From Candidatus Marinacidobacterales bacterium (GTDB lineage Bacteria > Acidobacteriota > Vicinamibacteria > Marinacidobacterales > DATDRI01), in contig OZ245365.1 in the NCBI GenBank assembly GCA_965226495.1, positions 5,344,001 to 5,408,000 on the forward strand: a DNA stretch of 64,000 bases, in the 5' to 3' direction. The notes under the pieces were generated by a model, which did no database searches, was not told where the DNA came from, and worked only from the letters and a program-made list of their open reading frames with translations. The position numbers and the translations under genes are program-made. Below are positions 58,504 to 64,000 of the stretch, in pieces; within the stretch, counting starts at the first letter, position 1, and every line of letters starts with the position of its first letter.

Positions 58504-59106
58504 CTAGGCTAGTTTCGCAGATTTGTCGACAAAACTCGTGAGCCACGGACTCCGCTCACGACCGGGTATTAGTTTAACACGAAGTTCTTGGGGACGCCTA
58601 GTGTCGCGCAAACCTTTAGTCAAGAGTACTTTAGCGCATCGAGGCCGGAAAAAACGCCTCAGAAAACCCAACTGACCGATGTGAAAGGAGTCGTGCTCAA
58701 TTAGAAACGTAATGGCCGCCAAGGTCGTATTGCCCGCCTCGATGGGAAAGGGGCGCTCCAACTCCTTCTCCAAGTCCGCATCGCCAAGAGTCACCAGATG
58801 GGAGGAAAGTCTCTCCGATATGACTTTCCATGCCGAACCTATTTCGTCCACAGTGGGAAATTCTTGTATGTCGTCGATTCCGCGCGCCCCCTCGAGCGCC
58901 TTGAACGGGCTGCTGCTTTCATGACCCACGGTGTTCCCGAGATAGTGCCGCGCTTCGACCAAATGGCAGGCGATGAAGGCGATGTGGTTGGTGCTCTCGT
59001 TGGGCCGAGAGGTTGCAACGCTGTCGTCCACACCGTCGAGAGCATTTAGAAAGAGTCGCGTGTTCAGATCGAGCGTTCTTACCAGCGGTACCAAAGCATT
59101 GTTCAC
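58504..59106 (-). CDS. DinB/YfiT family protein; probable +1 frameshift near the C-terminus (natural stop ~58620)
   Basis: HIAFIACHL, HDSFHIGQL; removing one base at TTTTTTCCGGC gives RRFFGLDALKYS*. Confidence 0.8.
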   Translation of the reverse strand: MNNALVPLVRTLDLNTRLFLNALDGVDDSVATSRPNESTNHIAFIACHLVEARHYLGNTVGHESSSPFKALEGARGIDDIQEFPTVDEIGSAWKVISERLSSHLVTLGDADLEKELERPFPIEAGNTTLAAITFLIEHDSFHIGQLGFLRRFFRPRCAKVLLTKGLRDTRRPQELRVKLIPGRERSPWLTSFVDKSAKLA

Positions 59107-60113
59107 GCCTTCCTCCCGTGCCCCTCCGACAACCCTGACAACTCCTGTAGGGCGCGAGCCACATAGACCCGCGCCATTTTCTTGCGGTAGTCGTGTGTCA
59201 GATCGGTATTGTCGAGCGGGCGGGCCGGTCGGTAAGCCGCAGCCGCAGCCTCCTGAATGAGCTCAGCCGACAGCTTCTTGCCGACGAGCATCTGCTCGGC
59301 CTTGGTGGCCGCGACGGGCGCCGACTCCACAGCCGTCAGGACGATGCGGGCTTTCTCCACCGTCCCGTCGGAGGCGGTCTTGAGTGCGGCCGCCACTCCC
59401 ACAATAGGGAAATCAATGCTTCCCCGACGTCTCAATTTCAAGTAGGTGGCGCGGGTTCCATCGACCGGGGGAACATGTATTTGGGTCAGAACTTCGTCCG
59501 GCCGTTTCGCTATGTAATCGATACCGTCCTGTTTGTACAGGTTCTCTACCGGGATCCGGCGCTCACCTTCCGGCCCCACCAAAGTCACCTCGGCCTCGAG
59601 AGCAATGAAGACCGGAGCGGTATCCGAAGAGGCGATGGCCCAGCATCGCTTGCTGCCGGGTGCCACCCAGCAAATGTCTCCGTCTTTCTTCATGCAGAAA
59701 TGGATGGCTTCGCGCCACTCGAAGTTCTGGTTGTAATAGTTGCAACGGGTGTCGATACAAAGATTGCCACCGACGGTGCCCATGTTTCGCAGGATCGGCG
59801 AGCTGACCAGGCCGGCAGAACGAGCCACTGCCGGGTACGCCGAAAGAAGCATGTCCGATTCGGAGAGCTCCGTGAGCGTCAATAGCCCCCCGATCTCGAT
59901 TCCCTTTTTGGGGCTTCCCTCTAGTTCGCGCAGCCCTTCGACTCCTCGAAGGCCGACCAAGACCCTCGGTTCGAACTGTCGTCGCTTCATGTTGGGGTAC
60001 AGATCGGTGCCGCCGGCAACCGGCATCGCTTCCGGACCGTGGTCTTTAAGCATACGCGCCGCTTCCCGCGCCTCGCTGGGAGCGAGGTATCGAAACGGCG
60101 GAAGTCGCATCAT
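59103..60113 (-). CDS. hcrB: FAD subunit of a xanthine dehydrogenase-family enzyme with a [4Fe-4S] insert (HcrB-like)
   Basis: AGGTDL, RNMGTVGGNL, CIDTRCNYYNQ...CMKKDGDIC...KRC; start reassigned to 60113 (ATGA overlap). Confidence 0.75.
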   Translation of the reverse strand: MMRLPPFRYLAPSEAREAARMLKDHGPEAMPVAGGTDLYPNMKRRQFEPRVLVGLRGVEGLRELEGSPKKGIEIGGLLTLTELSESDMLLSAYPAVARSAGLVSSPILRNMGTVGGNLCIDTRCNYYNQNFEWREAIHFCMKKDGDICWVAPGSKRCWAIASSDTAPVFIALEAEVTLVGPEGERRIPVENLYKQDGIDYIAKRPDEVLTQIHVPPVDGTRATYLKLRRRGSIDFPIVGVAAALKTASDGTVEKARIVLTAVESAPVAATKAEQMLVGKKLSAELIQEAAAAAYRPARPLDNTDLTHDYRKKMARVYVARALQELSGLSEGHGRKA

Positions 60114-62542
60114 CCCGGCTGTTCCTCCCCCGTGTTGGATGTCGGCAAAGGCGGCACCTCGAGAGGTTCGGGAAAACCAAAAGGTGGAACTTCTGGTGAG
60201 CGGTAACGCCCATCCATGGCCAAGAGGATTTTGGCAGGTGTTACCGGTACCTCGTCGACTCGAACCCCTACCGCATCGTAGACGGCGTTGACGAGCGCGG
60301 GGATGACCGGGAGTAGTGGGCCTTGCCCGCACTCTTTGGCACCGTACGGCCCTTGCGGGTCGAGGGTTTCTACGAGAATGGACTCCACCGGCGGCATTTC
60401 CAAGAAGGTCGGGCTCTTGTACTCGAGCAGCGAGGGGAACTTGTGAACCCCCAACCGGAAGATCTGCTCCTCCATCAAGGCCTCGCCGAGGCCCATGTAA
60501 ACACTCCCTTCGATCTGCCCGATAGCGAGAAGTGGATTGATGGCCTTTCCGACGTCGTGCGCGATCCATATTTTGTCGATGGTGACCCAACCGGTCTCCT
60601 CATCTACTTGGAGCTCGACGACACAGGCGGAATAGCTGTAGGTCGGACTCGGACCGACCCCCGCCCCTTTGTAGCGCGCCGGGGAACGTGGTGGTTTGTA
60701 GCTTCCCGTCGAGCCCAAGGTCCCATGCTCGGCCTCGGTCAGCACCACCGCCTCAGCGAAGGTCACTCCTTTCTCCGGATCCTCGGCGTCGAAGACGCGA
60801 CGGTGAGCCATCCGAAGCCTTTCGGGCGGAACATCGAGCTTCTTAGACACCATGTCGAGTATGAGTGGTTTGAGCCGTCGGGCCGCTTGGATCGCGGCAT
60901 TGCCGGTCATTAGGGTGACGCGGCTGGAGTAGCTCCCGAGATCCACCGGGGTCAGGTCGGTATCCGCCGTCACTACGCGAACGTCCGAGACCTCGACCCC
61001 GAGCTCTTCAGCAACCACATAGGCCAGCACCGAGTCCGATCCCTGGCCAATATCGGTAGAGCCACAAAAAGCGGTGACGCCTCCCCCGCGGTCTAACTGT
61101 AGCTGAACTCCACTGTGCGGGAGGTTGTTCCAGTAAATAGGGAGTCCCGCGCCGCTGATGTAACTTGAGGCGGCAATCCCAACTCCCCTTCCCTTGCCGA
61201 GCTTTCCGTGCTTTGCGGTAAAGCCGGAGCGCTCGTCAACGCGATCCAGACATTCCTTCAAACCGACGGTGCTTAGACGAAGCTGATTCGCGGTTATCGA
61301 GAAAGGCTCCACGAGATGCCGGCGGCGGAGCTCTAGTGGATTGATGCCGAGATCCACCGCGATCTTGTCCAAGTGACATTCCAGTGCGAATCGTGGTTGC
61401 GGCGTGCCGTGTCCGCGCTTGGGCCCGCAGGGGGGCTTGTTGGTAAAGACCCGCACGCCTTCGAATTTGTAAGACCCCACCCGGTAGGTCACCGTCTGTA
61501 GCGCTCCCGTGTAGTAGAGACTCGCCACGCCATAGCTTCCGTATGCACCTCCATCCAAAAAAGAACGGAAGTGCATCGCAGTAATTTCTCCATCACGCTT
61601 CACGCCGGTCTTGATCCACATCTTCACCGGATGCCGTCCGCGGTGGCAATAAAACACTTCTTCACGCGTGAGCGTGACTTTGACCGGGCGGCGCGTCTTC
61701 ATTGAGAGCTTTCCGACCACGATCTCGTGATTGAACGGATCGCTCTTGCCCCCGAAGCCGCCCCCGTTCGGACACGCGATCACACGAACGTGCGAGGCCG
61801 GCATTTCCAACACCTTCGCCATGGCACGATGCACGTAGTGTGGCGTTTGGGTCGACGACCACAGGGTCAGTTTGTTGTCGGGACCGTACGCAGCGACCGC
61901 TGAATGCTGCTCCATGGGGAGATGCGTGTTTCCCTCAAAGAAGAATGTGTCTTCACGAACATGGTCGGCCTCCCGAAATCCCTCCTCGACATCACCGAAC
62001 TCGAGCGCTACCGCCTTGTGGATGTTGCCTTTTGCTCCATAGTCATGGATGCGCTCTTTTTCTTCTCCTAGCGCTTCCTCGATCGACATGATCGGTCGGA
62101 GGACTTCGTACTGCACATCGATGAGTCCCAATGCTTTCTCCGCGGTTTCCTCGTCGATGGCGGCGACCGCGGCTACCGGATCTCCCACGAACCGGACTTT
62201 GTCGAGGCACAAGGCATGCTCGTCCTGCGACACGGGCAGGATCCCGAAAGGAATAGGAAGGTCGGAACCGACTAGCGTTGCGACAACGCCGGAAAGCTGT
62301 TCCGCCTTACTCGTGTCGACACTTAAAATGCGCGCGTGCGGATGAGGACTCCTCCTGAGCTTGCAGTAGAGCATTCGCGGAAACGCCAGATCGTCGGCGA
62401 ACACGGTCTCCCCGCTGACCTTCGCCATGGCATCGACCTTAGGAAGGGGCTTCCCGATAATGCTGAGCTGTTCTTCAACTGAACGGACCTCTGGCCTAGA
62501 CGCTTTTTTATGCTTGGGCTTGACGCCGACCTTAGTGGGCAC
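60110..62542 (-). CDS. hcrA: Molybdopterin subunit of a xanthine dehydrogenase-family enzyme (HcrA-like)
   Basis: RSPHPHARI, GGGFGGK, KRGHGTPQ, DIGQG, SYSSR, GQIEG, GAKECGQG. Confidence 0.75.
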   Translation of the reverse strand: MPTKVGVKPKHKKASRPEVRSVEEQLSIIGKPLPKVDAMAKVSGETVFADDLAFPRMLYCKLRRSPHPHARILSVDTSKAEQLSGVVATLVGSDLPIPFGILPVSQDEHALCLDKVRFVGDPVAAVAAIDEETAEKALGLIDVQYEVLRPIMSIEEALGEEKERIHDYGAKGNIHKAVALEFGDVEEGFREADHVREDTFFFEGNTHLPMEQHSAVAAYGPDNKLTLWSSTQTPHYVHRAMAKVLEMPASHVRVIACPNGGGFGGKSDPFNHEIVVGKLSMKTRRPVKVTLTREEVFYCHRGRHPVKMWIKTGVKRDGEITAMHFRSFLDGGAYGSYGVASLYYTGALQTVTYRVGSYKFEGVRVFTNKPPCGPKRGHGTPQPRFALECHLDKIAVDLGINPLELRRRHLVEPFSITANQLRLSTVGLKECLDRVDERSGFTAKHGKLGKGRGVGIAASSYISGAGLPIYWNNLPHSGVQLQLDRGGGVTAFCGSTDIGQGSDSVLAYVVAEELGVEVSDVRVVTADTDLTPVDLGSYSSRVTLMTGNAAIQAARRLKPLILDMVSKKLDVPPERLRMAHRRVFDAEDPEKGVTFAEAVVLTEAEHGTLGSTGSYKPPRSPARYKGAGVGPSPTYSYSACVVELQVDEETGWVTIDKIWIAHDVGKAINPLLAIGQIEGSVYMGLGEALMEEQIFRLGVHKFPSLLEYKSPTFLEMPPVESILVETLDPQGPYGAKECGQGPLLPVIPALVNAVYDAVGVRVDEVPVTPAKILLAMDGRYRSPEVPPFGFPEPLEVPPLPTSNTGEEQPG

Positions 62543-62555
62543 GATTTTCCTTACC

Positions 62556-63032
62556 CTACTTGTTGAGACGACTGGCGGCGAGCTCTACCGCCTGAAGGAT
62601 CTGGATGTAGCCCGTGCACCGACAGAGATTCCCGGCCAGTGCTTGTTGAATGTCGGGACGGGTCGGGCTGGGGTTGCGATCCAACAGAGACTTCGCCGCC
62701 AGGAGGATTCCGGGAGTACAGTAACCGCATTGGGCTGCGCCGACTTCGGCGAAAGCAATTTGGAGTGGGTGGTGCGTGCCATGCTCGGTCATGCCTTCAA
62801 CGGTCACGACCTCACGACCCTCGAGCTCGATCGGCAGTGCCAAGCAGGACAGGACGGGTGCCCCGTCTACGAGCACCGTACATGTGCCGCATTCACCCAG
62901 TTCGCATCCGTGTTTTGTCCCGGTGAGCCGCAGCTCTTCTCGCAAAACCTCGAGGAGGGTTTTGTGGACGGGGGCCGCCACCTCCACCGGCTCGCCGTTG
63001 ACACGCAGATGGAGTAACACCTTCTCTGACAT
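62556..63032 (-). CDS. hcrC: 2x[2Fe-2S] subunit (HcrC-like)
   Basis: GTKHGCELGECGTCTV, QCGYCTPG, NLCRCTGY. Confidence 0.78.
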   Translation of the reverse strand: MSEKVLLHLRVNGEPVEVAAPVHKTLLEVLREELRLTGTKHGCELGECGTCTVLVDGAPVLSCLALPIELEGREVVTVEGMTEHGTHHPLQIAFAEVGAAQCGYCTPGILLAAKSLLDRNPSPTRPDIQQALAGNLCRCTGYIQILQAVELAASRLNK

Positions 63033-63124
63033 CGAGTTACTGTACCACCTAACCGAACGAGCTCGCCACGTGAGCGGAACCACGGACGACGACAGTCTTC
63101 ACCCGGGAAGTCGGGAGCTTTCCT

Positions 63125-64000
63125 TTACGTGTAGCGGGCGTCCCGATGCTCGGGCAGGAAGAAGCTTGGAAGGAGCTCATCGACTCTCAGAAGTGCCTCG
63201 CGGGTGAGCACGATTCGATCTCCTTCCCAATCAAGGTAGCCCTTCTGTCTCAGATCTTCGAAGGCAGGCTGAAACTCGTTCTTGACGTCTCGTTGAAACT
63301 TCTCCTGGAAATATCCAATGTCTAGGCTTCCCAGTTTCATCTGCAGAATAAGCTCTCGTATCAGCCGTTCGGTCTCACTGATCGGCAACGCTCTCTTGAG
63401 AGGTAAATTTCCTCCTCCCACTGCCGTAACGTAATCCTCGAGCCGGTCCAGGTTCTGAAAATGAACCCCTGCTACATAGGAAAAAGACGAGACACCGAGC
63501 CCCACCATGTCCGCGCCGTGCCATAAGCTATCGCGGTAGGCGAATCTACTCGGGTTCGGACCTTTCGTAACCGTGTACCCACTCGAGACCCGGTAGCCGG
63601 CTCTCTCCAGCTCGGCAAAAGCCTTTCCAACCCAGGCCCGTTTCTGCTTCCAACCGGCCACCGGAATCGGTTGCCCCTCGGCTCGGATTTCTTGAGAGTA
63701 AACGGTATTGTAGGGAAGCTCCATCTGGTAGATGGTCACACTGTCGGGAGAAAGATCGATGGTCTTGCGGATGCAAGACTCCCAGTTCTTCTCCGTCTCC
63801 CCAACCATCCCCGCGATGAGGTCGATGTTGACGTTGGGGAAATCAGCTTTCTCAATCCACTCGTAAGCTCGATAGATCTCATCGCTTTCATGGGCCCGGC
63901 CGTTCTCTCGCAAAATAGCATCGTCGAAGTTCTCGGCGCCTAGGCTCATACGAGTCACACCGTTTTCCTTCAGAGCCTCGACCTTGCTGCGGTTCAAGGT
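63125..64000 (-). CDS. HemN-like radical SAM protein, 5' part outside the window
   Basis: TRMSLG, NIDLIAG, GLGVSSF, HemN_C-like tail; the CxxxCxxC motif is not within the window. Confidence 0.85.
   Translation of the reverse strand, partial: TLNRSKVEALKENGVTRMSLGAENFDDAILRENGRAHESDEIYRAYEWIEKADFPNVNIDLIAGMVGETEKNWESCIRKTIDLSPDSVTIYQMELPYNTVYSQEIRAEGQPIPVAGWKQKRAWVGKAFAELERAGYRVSSGYTVTKGPNPSRFAYRDSLWHGADMVGLGVSSFSYVAGVHFQNLDRLEDYVTAVGGGNLPLKRALPISETERLIRELILQMKLGSLDIGYFQEKFQRDVKNEFQPAFEDLRQKGYLDWEGDRIVLTREALLRVDELLPSFFLPEHRDARYT

Noticed and set aside
60114-60590. N-terminal extension of the 495-aa FAD-subunit ORF
   Set aside because: It overlaps the large subunit in another frame; the true start is at the ATGA overlap at 60113.

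Overview
A GC-rich bacterial chromosomal window, most consistent with Acidobacteriota because it carries an ADOP-type duplicated permease, a PadR regulator and secreted-protein families typical of that phylum. No rRNA, complete tRNA, CRISPR array or intact transposase/integrase was seen. Housekeeping genes (typA, trmB, pal, yjjG-like HAD, HemN-like radical SAM) are mixed with accessory modules. The modules are: a higBA toxin-antitoxin pair bracketed by a 22-bp tRNA/tmRNA-3'-like direct repeat; a coupled operon of methyltransferase, osmoprotectant ABC transporter, AsnB-type amidotransferase and EctR-like MarR; a stand-alone double PARP-type zinc finger; an MscS/SBP/SpoIIE/anti-sigma/STAS partner-switch operon; a PAS kinase/NarL-type locus with a visible palindromic operator; and an hcrCAB-like molybdoenzyme. 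The most striking feature is a ~9.3 kb cluster (37698-46969) with three exported CotH-like kinases and three DUF4956 membrane proteins, one fused to a VTC polyphosphate-polymerase domain. It is a candidate system for making polyP, exporting it and phosphorylating extracellular targets. The window also has many truncated or frameshifted gene remnants. All family calls come from reading motifs by eye; no searches were run.
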